NCBI GenBank assembly: GCA_964016885.1
Contig: OZ024745.1
Span: 91,326,001-91,390,000 of the forward strand
Direction of reading: 5' to 3'
Origin: Eledone cirrhosa
Lineage: Eukaryota
DNA: 64,000 nt
Part shown: positions 40,801-63,759 of the stretch, piece by piece
Numbering within the stretch: position 1 is the first letter of the stretch
How the letters are laid out: each line of letters begins with the position of its first letter
Made by a program: the position numbers and the translations under genes
Notes under the pieces: model-generated
Told to the model about the DNA's origin: nothing
Database searches by the model: none
Seen by the model: only the letters and a program-made list of their open reading frames with translations

Positions 40801-41848
40801 TATATTGTTAGTGCTTGAGGAAAGACTTCAACTCTTGGCCTCAAAACAATAATCAATGGAGGGTTGGATTCTAGTTTCCAATGATCTCAGGATGGTTTGG
40901 ATCTTAATGATAAATCTGTTTGAAGTCGTCAATATCAAATATATCTAGTTTCCAGGCATGTTTACTGAAGATAGTTTTAACATGTTATTGATATGATCCA
41001 GTGCTTTATTCTGATCAGTAACTTTTCAGTCTTATTACCATGGAATCTAATTGAAAGATGTATGTAACAGCACTTATAACAGAGTTCAAGAAGCAGGAAA
41101 TAGATGAATATTTATCACAAACAAAAGGCTTTTGAATGTATTGCTACAAGTTGTGGAAAATTAGAATTAAGGGTGATCGAGAAAAAACATTTTGCATGTA
41201 AAACATCATTAAATATATGTAAGTTGTTGCAATATAGATACATAACAGAGAATAATGATTAGTGGTGTAGATATATCACAAATGACAAACGACTTTTAAT
41301 GGGCAAAATATCATAGCAAAAATTAGAAAACAAATATTGAGCTAGAACTTTAGTCATGTGAAAACTGCAGAAAAATTCATTTGAGCTTCGGCAAGTTTAG
41401 TAGTGAAGCAATTAATGTCATCAGTTTATTTTTTATTGTCATAACAAATATCCCTTCACAGAATGATTAGTTTTCTTACATTTCTTACATTACTACTATA
41501 TACATATTGGTCAAGTAATTAGATATATATTTTTTGTTATAATTTTTTAAGAGTTATTTATTTATTTGTTACATAAAGCATTTATGATATTATTTTGCTT
41601 GGAGAACAAAATAATATGAAATGTTATAAAATTAACAGAAGAAAATAAAAGAACAGTTATGTATCTTAAGTGTTCAAGGATGTTTTTTATTATGGCTCAA
41701 TTGTTACATCACTTAATATTGCTTTTAAGTAAAGCAAAAGCCACAAATACTTAAACAGCAACTTTTAGTTCCTTAATAATGATATATATGAAGGAAAGAA
41801 TTAAAAAAAATATATAAAACTATGAAATAAAAAATAAAAATAAAAAAA

Positions 41849-42056
41849 CGCTGTAATGTGGCCGTGTAGGCAACATGGTAAAAACCTCCCAGCCCCACAC
41901 TGTAAATGTGGTTGGTGTTAGGAAGGGCATCCAGCTGTAGAAAACCCGCCAGATAGTCCTATGCGAGCAAGACAATCACTCTTGCCTCAAGTGGGAAAAC
42001 CCCCGTCCAAACCCATGCAAGCGTGGAACACGGACGTTAAACGTTGATGATGATGA
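41849..42056 (+). mobile_element. RTE tail / SINE fragment with apparent target-site duplication
   Basis: Near-identical to 6376-6588; tatgaaataaaaaata on both flanks. Similar tail fragments at ~4243-4480, 7112-7230, 9852-10060, 21235-21458, 22088-22230, 35011-35072 and 61564-61715. Confidence 0.85.
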
Positions 42057-42208
42057 TATGAAATAAAAAATATATAAAACTATGAAACAGAGTCAGTAAT
42101 TATTACATTTTATGTTTTCTTCTGTTTTTATTATGTTCAAAGCAATTAAAATATTATCTATACATATTGATAGTGTATACTTATTCTTAATTTTCAGGCA
42201 GAGTCAGA

Positions 42209-42408
42209 NNNNNNNNNNNNNNNNNNNNNNNNNNNNNNNNNNNNNNNNNNNNNNNNNNNNNNNNNNNNNNNNNNNNNNNNNNNNNNNNNNNNNNNNNNNN
42301 NNNNNNNNNNNNNNNNNNNNNNNNNNNNNNNNNNNNNNNNNNNNNNNNNNNNNNNNNNNNNNNNNNNNNNNNNNNNNNNNNNNNNNNNNNNNNNNNNNNN
42401 NNNNNNNN
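42209..42408. other. Assembly gap (200 N)
   Basis: Run of N. Confidence 1.
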
Positions 42409-43223
42409 TATCATCATCATCAACTTCGTTTAACGCCCATTTTCCACACTAGCATGGGTTAATATATATATTTATTCTAAAACCACTGTTAAGCAGTATT
42501 CATAAAACCATGTATTGTAAATACCTTTAAGTTCTCATTTTTGATAATCTTAAAATGCAGAATTACCTTCATTAATTTCACAGTGGATTGGCAGTATCAG
42601 CAGAGCATTGGTTAGCATGCTTTGTAGCATATAGTTATGTCCCTTTACGTTCTGAGTTCAAATCCCATCAAGGTTAGCTTTTTATCTTTACAGGGTCAAT
42701 AAAATATGCACTAGTAACGCACTGGGTTTGATTTAATCGACTTACCTATCCCTCAAAATTGTTTGACCTTGTGCCTAAATCAGAAAGAATTTCATGTTCT
42801 TGTTGTTCAATATGCAGGCATGTGAGCTAAATTAAGGGCATTTATAAGACTTTTTAATGAAATCTTTTATCAGAACTTATATTGATATCTTCCTAAAAAT
42901 ATTTACTGTATTGTATGTTATTTTTTGGTATCATATACCATCCAACTTTTGAATGGTTGCAACCTTCACCATGGTGTTACTGTTTGCCTGGGTTTAGTTG
43001 TATATGATATCCTGGGTTTAGTTGTATATGATATTAATAACTAAGTATACACCTTTTGTATAGAAGCATGTGAAATACCTTTGGCTTATCAAAATATATC
43101 TACTTATTTGAGAAATACTTGTCACTCATCACAGTTGAAAAGTAGTCAGCTAATAAAATACAGGCTTTGACCGATCATTGAAAGGTAATTAACCAACCCT
43201 AAAACATCATATATAATAATAAT

Positions 43224-43546
43224 AATTGTTTCTACTTTTGGCACAAGGTCAGCAATTATCCCAGTACATTACCGGTACTTTATTTTATTGACCTCGGCAG
43301 GATTTGAACTCACACCGTAACTCTATGCTGCAAAGCATGGCATCCGATCCTCTCTACTGATACTGCCAATAATTGTTTCTACTTTTGGCACAAGGCCAGC
43401 AATTATCCCAGTGCATTACTGGTACTTTATCGACCCCGTAAGGATGAAAGGCAAAGTTAACCTAGGCGGGATTTGAACTCAGAATGGCAAGGGCCGTAAC
43501 TATGCATCAAAGCATGGCGTCCAACCCTCTACCGATACTGCCAATA
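43224..43546 (-). mobile_element. Two tandem minus-strand copies of the second SINE family
   Basis: Reverse complement of the 28696 copy; further copies at ~42583-42790, 47061-47172, 58633-58770 and 58802-58915. Confidence 0.85.
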
Positions 43547-44625
43547 ATGAAAATTATTGTCTAGTGCTCAGGTGCCCTACAACATGATACCATCATAGAA
43601 GATGGACAGAAAAAGCTGATTCCTACAGGCACACATATGTTGACCCAATGTGGGAGTCAGTCATCACCCACCCTGCTAGAAATAGCAACCAAATTCTTTT
43701 CAAACCTTACCTTATCTTCAAAAAGGAAGGAGGCATTCAATAATGTTTTTTCTGGCTGGAATGCTTTGATTATAAGTCTACTTCATAAGAGCTAACCTGG
43801 GATAAAACAACTACAATCTGTATGCATGTCAATTAGTTTGTCTATTCCACTGATACATATATGTGCTGAATAGCCATTCATAACGCCTTTTCTTCTGGTA
43901 AATATCTAAACATGCATAGTAACAGAATAATTAGGCTTAGACTCCCCATGCAGTAGCAGGGACTGACAAATGAACAATAAAACTGTTTCTATGAGGTTCT
44001 TTTCCAGACCACAATGATAGCTATTCCAAGATAGATAGATGAAGGCTATAGAAGTTCTGTGATGTAAATGCCCTAACAATTCATGAAACCAACAAGTGTA
44101 CTACATATAAGATAGAGTTCATATTCCACGATGAAGATTATATCACTCAACACAGACTATTGGTTTCAGTTTTAGAGCTAGACAGACAAAGCTGTCTGAA
44201 GAATACCTAAGCCATACATATGTTTTTGCACCATATGCTGAGTTCCAATACCATTGAGGTAAACTTTGCCTTTCTGGGGTTGTTTGAACAAAGTATTAGT
44301 CCAGAGCAGTGTGGGCAGAATTGTTACAGTAATTGATAAACTGTCCCTTTGTCAAGTTGTATCAGCCCTTGGACATCATTAGTACTGTGAAGAGAAACTT
44401 CTCAACTTCCATAAAAAACCTTTTCAGTGCAGATACAGGGTCAACCACAACCAATCGAGGCCCTAAAGAGATATTTATTTATGTACTCAGTTTTTTAGAA
44501 TGTTGATGTAACAAAGGTCACATGGCTGTAAAACACTGCCTCAAAAAGTCCTATTTATCCAATTACAGCATGCAATTGTGAATATAAAAAAGGTGTATAT
44601 ATATATATATATCTTATTTTTTCAG

Positions 44626-44999
44626 ATTATGACTGTTTTTTAAAGGATTCTAAAACTGAAGAAGATCTATTGAATTCTGACGGAAGAAATGAATCTGAAA
44701 AAGCATTAGAAGCAAATGTGTCTGATCCGACAGAGATGAAGCTTTGGCAACTGGTTGAGACAGCAACATCAAAGGTGTCACAAAGACAGAATATTCAAAT
44801 AACTAAATCTCATGATGGTTCTAACACAGAACCCAGTCATACATCTAATGTTCTTCATAATTCTGAATCACAAGAGAATGCTGCCCAACCAGACTTGTTG
44901 GAGAAGCACAACTTGTCTTCACAACCTAAACTTGCATTACCATCTTCGAGTCTATTTCAAGACGGAACCAATTCTCACAATATAAATGTTCAAGTCTAG
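44626..44999 (+). CDS. Probable terminal coding exon of an unidentified plus-strand gene
   Basis: Strong acceptor tcttattttttcag, then an open non-repetitive frame YDCFLKDSKTEEDLLNSDGRNESEK...PTEMKLWQLVETATSK...NINVQV*; upstream exons not confidently found. Confidence 0.55.
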
Positions 45000-47396
45000 C
45001 TAGTCTTAGTAGTTTTCGGTTTACTGTCCAGTTAACAATTCATTTGTTGTTTTAAACGAAATTTAAACATTCCATTCAAAAACTTTTCGCAGAACATTTT
45101 AAGTTAAAAACTTTTATCTAACATTTAAAAACTGTGTCCCCCTCCTGCCACAAACACAATGACAGAACTTCTGACCATAGCATTATAGTACCTTAACATC
45201 ATCAGCTACTGTCCCTTTGACCATATGATTAATGGTGTTATAGTACCCTAACATCAGTTAGTATAATTTTGACCATGATTAAGTGTTATAGTACCTTAAC
45301 TACTTTAAATGGCAGTGCGTGGCTGAGTGGTTTGTGAGGTTGATTTCCCCACTCTGGGTGATGTGTTATGTCCTTGAGCAAGACACTTTATTTTGGATTT
45401 GCGACTGACAGTATTAACAATTGGAAAGACCAATGGAAACATTGTTTCTTCGGTCTGCTTTGACAAACTCCACCCCGGGATCTCGTTGCTCGACTCTTGA
45501 TAGTACCTTAACATTATTGCTACTCTATGTGCAATTTTCTATTTTTGGTTATTTCAAAAATTCACCTTCCAATATTGAATACATTCCTACGCCTTGCAGT
45601 ATTTATTCCAATTGTAACTTTGTTTTTCTGCCTTCCAGGGTGGTTAAAGTGAAGTACTGGCCTCAAATTTCTGTCTTTGTACCTAAGGTAGAAATAGTTG
45701 AGTACGAAGATAAAATTAGTACCTGTCAATTCAATCAACTATACGGCCCCCGTGCCAATGCAAGAATTTGTTGTAAAAGATGTCATATATATATATATAT
45801 ATATATATTACTGCAGGAAGAGTCATTTTAGCCATTTAAAAACATATATACATTTCCTAGTGAAGTAAATGTTGACTGAAATATATAAAGTAGTTTTTGT
45901 AAATGGCACTTCATCACAACACACATTCTCAGCTGCCAGTCATTTTATATATGAATCTCCACTGAGTTTTTATTTGTTGGGATACACTAGGTCAAAACCT
46001 TACCTCTTCTAAATACATGAGTATTGTAATAAGGCTTGAAACAAACCCCAACTGGTATTGTGTAACTCAGATAAATATTCCAATGATTATGTTAGAAGTG
46101 CTTTCAATAGTGAGGGAGAGTCAGAACAAATACAATGTAGTATTTATTGACATTACATTCTGAGTTCAAGTTGTGCCAAGATCCACTTTGTCTTTCATCT
46201 TTCCAGTATCAAATAAAAATTACCATTCAAATACTGGGGTTGATATAGCAAACCAGTTTTAATTCCTCTATCAAGTCGAGTCCCTATTTATATCACAAGG
46301 TGTCTAGGGTACTGTAAAAATCAATTGTAAATTAGGTTCTTATTTTCATTTGACTTCCATGCAAATGTTCAGGTTTAAGAAATTGACACGTTGAGTTTGT
46401 GACAAGTATTATTGTCAACTTTTAGGGTAATTCTAGAAGTGGAGGGGGAGTTAAGAATTGGTTATTTTTTTGTAAGACACTTAAGATAAAAAAAAAAAAA
46501 CTGGACTTTATCTCATGATCTTTTTTGTTTTTGTTATATCATTCTTGTTATCTTTTTATACAAATCTTGCTAAACAAGCAATAAAATGTGATTATATACT
46601 TCAATCTTGTCTTATGTTTTATGTCAAACAGTGGTTGTATTCAGACACTAGGAGGAAAGACACAACTGGATTACTCTAAGTACATTATATATAAAAACAT
46701 CTTTGAGCCAATGAGGTCACTGAAATAACAGCCAAATTTCTGTTAAATCACACCCGGCAATCAACAAAAATACACTAACTAGTATAGTCTGAGATGTATT
46801 GTTTCCTTGAGCAAGACTTTATATTTCATATTGCTCCAGTTTACTTAGCTCTAGAAATGAGATGATAGGGACTGGGGTCCTTATCATTCCACGGCAAAAA
46901 AGCACCCACTGTAAATGAGGTTGGTGTTAGGAAGGGCATCCAGCTAGAATCAGTTCCCGTCCTACCCTTGTAAGCAGAGAAAATGATGATCTTTGTTTTT
47001 CTTCAGGCTGCAATTAGAATTTTAGCTTGGAGAAGATGTGTGGTTTAAATGCTAATAGATAATTGTTTCTACTTTTGGCGCAAGGCCAGGAATTACCCCA
47101 GTGCATTACTGGTGCTTTATTTCGACCCCTGTAAGGATGAAAAGCAATGCTAACCTCGGTGGGATTTGAACTGAGTCATTAAAACCCTTAGTTACGAACC
47201 TGGCTAAAATCAGCTCTTATTCTACGAAATAAAACCACCCAACATAATTTCATATAAGAACCTTACATTAAGTTACTATCTAAGTAATGAAATAATTTTG
47301 GTAAATCAATCATGAAAGGGTTAAGGAAATTACAGAGGTCCATGTGCTTGCAAGGCTGAACTCTAGTAAAGACACCTATGTACCAGGAAATAGCAT

Positions 47397-47598
47397 TAAC
47401 TATTTTGATACCAAAATCAAGCATGGTTCTATATGTTGATCTAAAAACCTTCCATCATAATTTTAAGTAAGAGCCTTTTTAAAATTATATCCCAAACATG
47501 TTTAATAATGAGAAAGCTAATAATATTACTAAATCTCTTCAAATTATTGATTATTTTCAAAATGTGAAAATCAATAAATATGGTAATGAAAGGGTTAA
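47397..47598. mobile_element. Decayed piggyBac-type MITE (second family)
   Basis: Ends gtaatgaaagggttaa; similar copies at ~21586-21805, 47180-47325 and 60770-60992. Confidence 0.5.
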
Positions 47599-48600
47599 AC
47601 CAGACGATGTAATGCACCTACCATAAAAAAGGAGTAGGGGTGCATTGAAATAGGTGCTCAACCTACAAGAAGCAGGACTACATTGGATAATGCAAAATTA
47701 GACACAAGATTATTCAGTGGCAAATAACTGTTGGAAAGCAACAGAAAATGAACAGTTGGTGAGATAAAAACACACAATACAGAGTGGGGAAAACAGAAAT
47801 AGCCAAAGGAAACTGTGTCAGAGTTTTGGAGGAAGCTGGTAAATGTTTAAAGTTAAACAGTAAGCACACCCACACAACCAAGAACACTTTCAATCAAAAT
47901 ATACATCATATCTTATGATTTACCAATGTTTTTCACATATTTAGAATTTTCAATTTTGAACTCAACATTGAACTATAGACTTCTTTCAAGATCTCACTGG
48001 ATGTGAGTGAGCTTATCTAGGCTCTGAAACAAGCAATGATGCTTCACTATTAAAAGTCTGTTTTGCCACATTACAATAAATCCATTTCTGAGGTTTGTAA
48101 ATATGACTTTTCATCAAAAGTCTTTCTAATAATACTCCATTACCTATCCCCTGGAGTTTATAGCCACATAACCCAATACACACCAAAGAAAAAAAAAGAT
48201 TATAGTGACAAACATTTCTAAAACTATGAATGAAGAGATTATATATGAATTACTGTCATCATTCTTTCTATCAAAGAATTAACCAAATTAAATATTTCAT
48301 TAACATCTTTTTCTTTGTTATCAACTCATATGAAACCACCAAATCCAAGGTTTTAGAAGGTAAGAAGCAATTAAACCAGTTAGTATCAGGATGTAAAGCA
48401 CAGCCCCAAATGTCCTGTCCAACCCATGCCAGCACAGAAAACCCAAACTTTACTAAGTAAAAGTTTCATTATGATATACAAAAGCCAGTTTTAAATTGCA
48501 TTCAATACATCTTAGTATAAGACACTGAAAAGCAATGCTGAATGAAAATAAAAGTAATATATATATAAACAGACATACCGACCATAATTAAATATGGAAT

Positions 48601-49040
48601 GATACGCGATGGAGCCCCCGGCGGTCGGAATGGAGAAGGCGTTTCCCTGGAGGACGGCAAGGGAGACGCGCTGAAGAAGCCACTCCAACTCGCGGGGCTC
48701 ACACCTGCGGCTGGCCAGCTCACCTATGGTGGTGAGTAGGGAGGTAGCCCTAGGGCCGATGACGCCAGGGGTACAACCGCAAACCTCAGCCCGACGTGCA
48801 GCAGAACCTGGGTTAGTCACAGACTGCACCAAGTTGCGGCTGCAGAAAGTGTCGGCGCAAGTGGCATCCTAGAAAAGGGGTTTGCCACCGTGGAACGGGG
48901 AGATGGTCATGCCATCTGGCCTTTTGCCGTCCCCCCGATCCAGCCCCACCGTCTCGAACTGTGAAGGGAAGCCTGCAGTGTCCAAGCCATGCTTTATGAC
49001 CTCGTTGAGGGCAGCTGGCACTGTGGCAACAGGAAAGCGG
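48601..49040 (-). mobile_element. 5'-truncated second copy of the CRE-like element (RLE / C-terminal part)
   Basis: Clearly homologous to 30541-31060 (...RRCEPRELEWLLQRVSLAVLQGNAFSI) with an internal deletion. Confidence 0.88.
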
Positions 49041-49199
49041 GGGGAGGCCGAAAGGGTATAAGACAGTTACAGCTGACTAAATTGTTGATTATTTAAAAAA
49101 ATTAACAACATAGGAACTCTGTAATTCTGATAAATAAGACCATGCAAAGGCTAGCTATTTCTTGTGCACCAATTAAAGGCTGAAAGAGATGTAAAAATA

Positions 49200-49276
49200 T
49201 GTACACAAAAACAAAAACAAAATAGAAATATATATAAAAAACAAATTGAGACACCGAACCATTTTATGCTTTTATT
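49200..49276 (-). promoter_or_regulatory. Probable eRF1 polyadenylation signal (AATAAA 49271-49276) with downstream U/GU-rich tract, implying a 3' UTR of ~1.5 kb
   Basis: Plus-strand tttatt at 49271; A-rich plus tract at 49200-49245 reads as a U/GU-rich element on the minus strand. Confidence 0.5.
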
Positions 49277-50800
49277 GGCCACATATCTTTTTTCAACAGA
49301 TTTCTAGATCTGCAAGACTGTCCATCAATATTACTTGCCATAACCTTTAAAAATAAAGGTCATTGGTGAGAGATAAATCACTCACAGCAAGCAAAGTTTA
49401 AATACTGGAAATCACTGCTGTGCACCCATTAGATGGGAGAAAGTATTGGTGATTAACGTGGAACAACAAGGGAGTTAGCAACAGGGGGAAAGGGTCTTAG
49501 AGAAGTAGGACAATGTAAATAGCAACAAGAGTTAAAAGTCTTTAAGGAGAGGTGGAAATTAAAGATTTTTTCTTTTTAAATAATAATTAAAGAACAATAA
49601 AAAAAACTGGGTGGGGAGTGACTTTCTTTTGATCCCTTATATTTGTTGAAGCCAACTTGCCCTAAACCAACCTACAGAGGCAATCTAAATGTACTGGCAT
49701 TGAAAAGTAAATCACACAATTGCTGTTACATCTTGCTGAGAGTTTAGATTAAGTGGGAAGACAAAAGTGAACTAAAGCAGCAAAGCAAATTATTCTCAGA
49801 AATATCCAATGACTTACTGATTTCATCAATATTGGTTTCTAAAATAATAAATTAAGGAGATGGGGGGGGAAAAAATTGACTAACAAAATGCTGAAGAATT
49901 TCCCTACAGATTTTAGGATGGTATATGACTCTTGCAAGATGCCAACAAGCTGGATACAAACCTGTCATAGTGGTACACTGCCTATTACACTTAGAGTGAA
50001 CATCACTTAATTCCTTTTTATAACAATCTTGCAGTCTTATGAACAACCCTAATAAATAATATACTATGACAAAAGATAAAATTAATCTTATATAAAATAT
50101 GTATATTTATGTATATCAATTTTCCTAAGCTTTAAAAAGATTTAAATCTAATGAGAATCAAGATGTCTATATATTAAGCTTCTTTATGATCAGAATGAGG
50201 GGGAAAGGTTTGGAAACAAGCAGTGACCATATGTATACAAACTCTCACACACACACACACACAAAACATATCAGAAGCATCTCATTTACAGAAATCGAAC
50301 CAGTTTCTCATTTTTCTTCATTCTTGCTGAGTTTTGTTATACATGGGGGGAAAAAAAAAAAAAAAAAAAAAAAAATATCAAGCACTTGGAATAAAAAAAA
50401 AAAAAAATTTAAAAAAAAAATAAAAATTAACACAATGAAATAATTGAAAATAAACTATAAATTCATTATATAATAGAAATTCAGTCCAAATCAGTACTTA
50501 ATTGTATTGAAAAGAATATATTTCATTATGGGTGCTATTCTTTCAGTGACATGTATCATTAAAGTCAAAGCCTTTGTCCGGCCACTGCTGTGTTGAAAAT
50601 AAGAGCGGTTAGAAAATGAAAAATGTTCCAGACAGAGATGAAATCTAAACAGATTTGGAAAGAAGGAAGAAGAAATAGGGGCTGACAGTCGTATGTTTGA
50701 GATGTGCTGTGTATTACTTTTCACAGCAATTGCGCAAACGCATGTGGCCAAGCAGCAAGTGGACGTGACACCAGCACAACACATTGCTGACACTAAATCT

Positions 50801-60095
<9,295 letters not shown>

Positions 60096-60315
60096 TCAGT
60101 AAAATCTGTAGAGATAAATTAGTGTTCAAAGCTGTTAAAAATAAATTTGAAGAAATTAAGATCCCAAATGGTTAGATATGTTGTGCCTAAATATTCAAAT
60201 ATAATTTGATTGGGAAATGGAAAAAAAGTTTTTTGAACTAACAAAATTGCCAAATGATATTTTCATCTTATATAGATAGCTATCATTAGCAAACTTTCTA
60301 ATACATTATAACTAA

Positions 60316-60634
60316 TCATCATTTTACGTCTGCTTTTCCCTGCTTGCAAGGGTGGGATGGGGACTGATTCTGGCTTCATTTCTAACTGGATGCCCTTCCT
60401 AACACCAACCCCATTTACAGTGTGCTGGGTGCGTTTTTTACGTGGCGCCTACACATCCACTTTGCAGTGGAATGATAGGGACCCCAGTCCTATCATCTCA
60501 TTTCTACAGTAAACTGGAGCAATGTGAAATAAAGTGTCTTGCTCAAGGAAACAACACATCACTCGGTCTGAGAATTGAACTCACAACCTTTTGATTGCAA
60601 GCCCAATGCTCTAACTACTAAGCCATGTGCCTCC
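60316..60634 (-). mobile_element. tRNA-derived CORE-type SINE (same family), in an eRF1 intron
   Basis: Near-identical to 10293-10633; another partial copy at ~46800-46990 (+). Confidence 0.85.
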
Positions 60635-62207
60635 ATGTACTTCAATAATTAATGTACCTACATCTTACATACCTAAATTTACCAATGCACACATATCAAT
60701 ATACATGCATGCAGATGGAACTGGTATAATGAACCTGTCTAACTTATTCAAAACCTCATTAAACATACCCGAAGAGGGGGGCAGCTAAACACCAGCTTGC
60801 CTAAAACTGCCCTGGTTTTATGATAGACTTCTCACTTTAAAATATTCATACTTATATTAAAACCATCCATCATTTTTGGTAAGTAACATCAGCTTACTAA
60901 TAAAAAGTCAATCTCATTGAATTCAAATTTTCAAAATTAATCAATACACAATGGTAGTGTATTTTATTAAAAATATTGTAACAAAAGGATTAATTACTAT
61001 CTAGACTATTCTGTTGGTTCATCTCATGACTCCAAATAGAAACAGACTATCTTATAATCATAATCTTTGTTCTTATAGTGATATTTCCTTACCCTTATTC
61101 AAGACAAATGTACCCCTGCATATCTTGATTTTTAAATTGTCTTGTGATTCAAAACACCATGTCTTCTCTCAGTACACTGAACACTGGCAAAGCTGCTTCT
61201 AGTTAGATATATATCCAACATCCAGACTCCAAATATATTTCTACAAGATTTCTGTGGAGTAACTTTCAAATCATATATAGTGTGAAGATGCTTCATTCCA
61301 TGTTGCTTTTCACAATAGGAGTGGGGCCCCTATCATTAAAATGCCATAGACATCTCCCATCCAACCCAATCCAGCATGGAAAAATGGACATCACCATCAC
61401 TGCTTTTATGTCTGCCAACAGATTGGGTGTAACTTTGAGGCAGTATTCTATAACCAGATGCTCTTCCTGGTGCCAACCTATTTACTACAAGCTGCAGGAC
61501 ATAAACAAACAGGACTGCTTGCTTAAATAATTTTAATGTGAAGGTTTATGGAGATTATATATATCATCATCATCGTTTAACGTCCATCTTCCACGCTTGC
61601 ATGGGTTTGGACGGGAATTTTCCCACTTGATGCAAGATTGGCTGTCTTGCTCGTATAGGACTGTCTGGCGGGTTTTCTACGGCTGGATGCCCTTCCTAAC
61701 ACCAACCACATTTACATAAAGTAAGGAGTGCAGGACTGCGTCCAGAATATATTTTTTTATCCCGCTTGTAAAATAGTTGGATTACTTTGAATAAATAAAT
61801 GAATATTACATAATTTATCTACTAAATTTCGTTATTCTTGATTAAATATAAATAATTTTGTTGCTTATTTTAAGATTAACATCTTTAAAATGTCAACACT
61901 TCCGGTTAGCGATCGCTTAAATAAACATTCATATATTTCCGTCACTAATTTTTTCTAATGCAGTTTACATATATCTTTTTTTAATGTATCATGGATTTCG
62001 TTACTGATTACATAAGACAGTGTAACGCAGTCTTCGTTCAATTTCTGTGGATAATGCCAATTACGATTTTATTTGATGTATCATATCTACATGTATATAT
62101 ACTAGCGTATAATATCAATATGCACACTACACATGCTAGTATATATAAAACACATGACAATTGTTAGTTTTGACATGGAAGTTGTATCATGCACATGTGT
62201 AATAGTA

Positions 62208-62545
62208 TTAGATTGGACAGAAAGTTCTCACTATTTTTCAAATTTTTATTGACTTTGGCGTTTTTTAACATGAGAAAAATTTTACATGTCAAAACAATTA
62301 CCATCATTTAGGATGACAAGAAGGCACATGATATTATCACTGTAGAATTCTTCTGGATTCAATGCAAAGAATGCCGTCAGCAACTGATTTAATTGGTCTT
62401 CATTGGCAAAGGTTTTTTATTGCATCATTAAGAGAAAAAGATGATAGTCTGTGGGCATGAGGGGCAGAACTTCCCAACTTAGCTCCAGCAACTTCTCACA
62501 GGCCATCCTTGATGTATGTGGCTGAGCGTTATCATGAAGGGGTCA
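62208..62545 (-). mobile_element. mariner transposon 3' remnant
   Basis: Minus strand HDNAQPHTS...LSWEVLP...TDYHLF...FF...PEEFY; TIR-like TA|TTAGATTGGACAGAAAGTT at 62206. Confidence 0.8.
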
Positions 62546-62594
62546 AACAGAACCATGGCGTAGTATTAAGTTGAACAATGGTCTTAACTAGTAA

Positions 62595-63300
62595 TTGCCC
62601 GCCCACCATTTCTATTCTCCTGGTCATTCTTCCCTACATGTTTCAGTCCTGATTCACCGCCTCGAGTCCTCTTCCTCTCTTGGACTCAACTCACCTCCCC
62701 AATTTCTCTAATACACCGTCCATTATCACACCTAGATTCCTATCGCTTTCTCTTGATCATTAACATCTCTCTTACAACTAAGACAGGCCGACTATACATG
62801 CTCACTCCACTTTTCCGTTCACTGCTCTGTATACACACCCTTATATTAACATACGTTTGCTCATAGCTTCGTACTTACATGCACACACTCTTTTACTCAC
62901 ATATATACACACACATTTCTTCTTAGCTTCGTAGGACGTAAAATAACACACACACACATGCTTACACACAAGTATAGCTCTTTTTACAAAACATTTTTTT
63001 TTCCATTTCAGGTAGACGCGCTCCATCAGCCACTTTTCTAAAAAACTAAATCATACACAAAACGCCAGCACCAACAGTTTTGCAAGAGATGTCAACATGA
63101 ATGGACCTGTTATTTTTATCTAAAGACATTTTTTCCAATTCCAACCCGCCCACCCCCTCAATCTACCTTATTTCTCATTCTTTCTTCTGATGAAAGGCTA
63201 GCATCTGAAACGTTAAGACCCTCTTCCTACTATATCAAGCATTAACCTAATATATCCTTTCCATATACTATGCCGATTGTGTTGTTATTTCTGTTTACCT
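62595..63300 (+). mobile_element. Penelope-like element 3' remnants (GIY-YIG C-terminus + pseudo-LTR)
   Basis: LPAHHFYSPGHS...LIHRL...LGLN (62595-62711) and RCQHEW...YLKTFFP (~63085-63140) resemble the HFNxxxH and RxxxE...LxTxxPxGLN motifs; followed by a hammerhead. Confidence 0.6.
63183..63218 (+). ncRNA. Minimal hammerhead downstream of a Penelope GIY-YIG remnant
   Basis: tctt-CTGATGA-aaggctagcatct-GAAA-CG-TT-aaga. Confidence 0.65.
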
Positions 63301-63720
63301 TTTACATTATATATATATATATGAAAATGGGGTAGGAAGAGCATCCATTCACAAAAACTGTCAAACAAAGGGTTAGGAGGAATCTTCAGCTAAGTTAAAA
63401 ACATGGCATCCCCAGCTAGTGCTGGTGCCACGATAGAATGCAGTAGAGTGGTTGGGACATGTGTGTGATGCAGCCCCCTCTCTGATCATCTGAGTACTCA
63501 GAGTGCTGGAACACCTGTGAGGTGTTGGCCCTGGGTCTGTCTTAGTAGTCAGCTGTTCCACTTAAGTGATAACCCATCCAACCTCTGTTTGCAAGATCAG
63601 ATGTTAAATGATAATGTTCAATGCAAAATATCAACCTTTACAACCATTACTGCCGCTGGCATTGCCATTACTACTATACATCCTGCCATTTTTGACAGTC
63701 ACTATGATTGTGTGTGTATG

Positions 63721-63759
<39 letters not shown>

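Noticed and set aside
42112-42462. ORFs spanning X residues
   Set aside because: Artefact of the N gap
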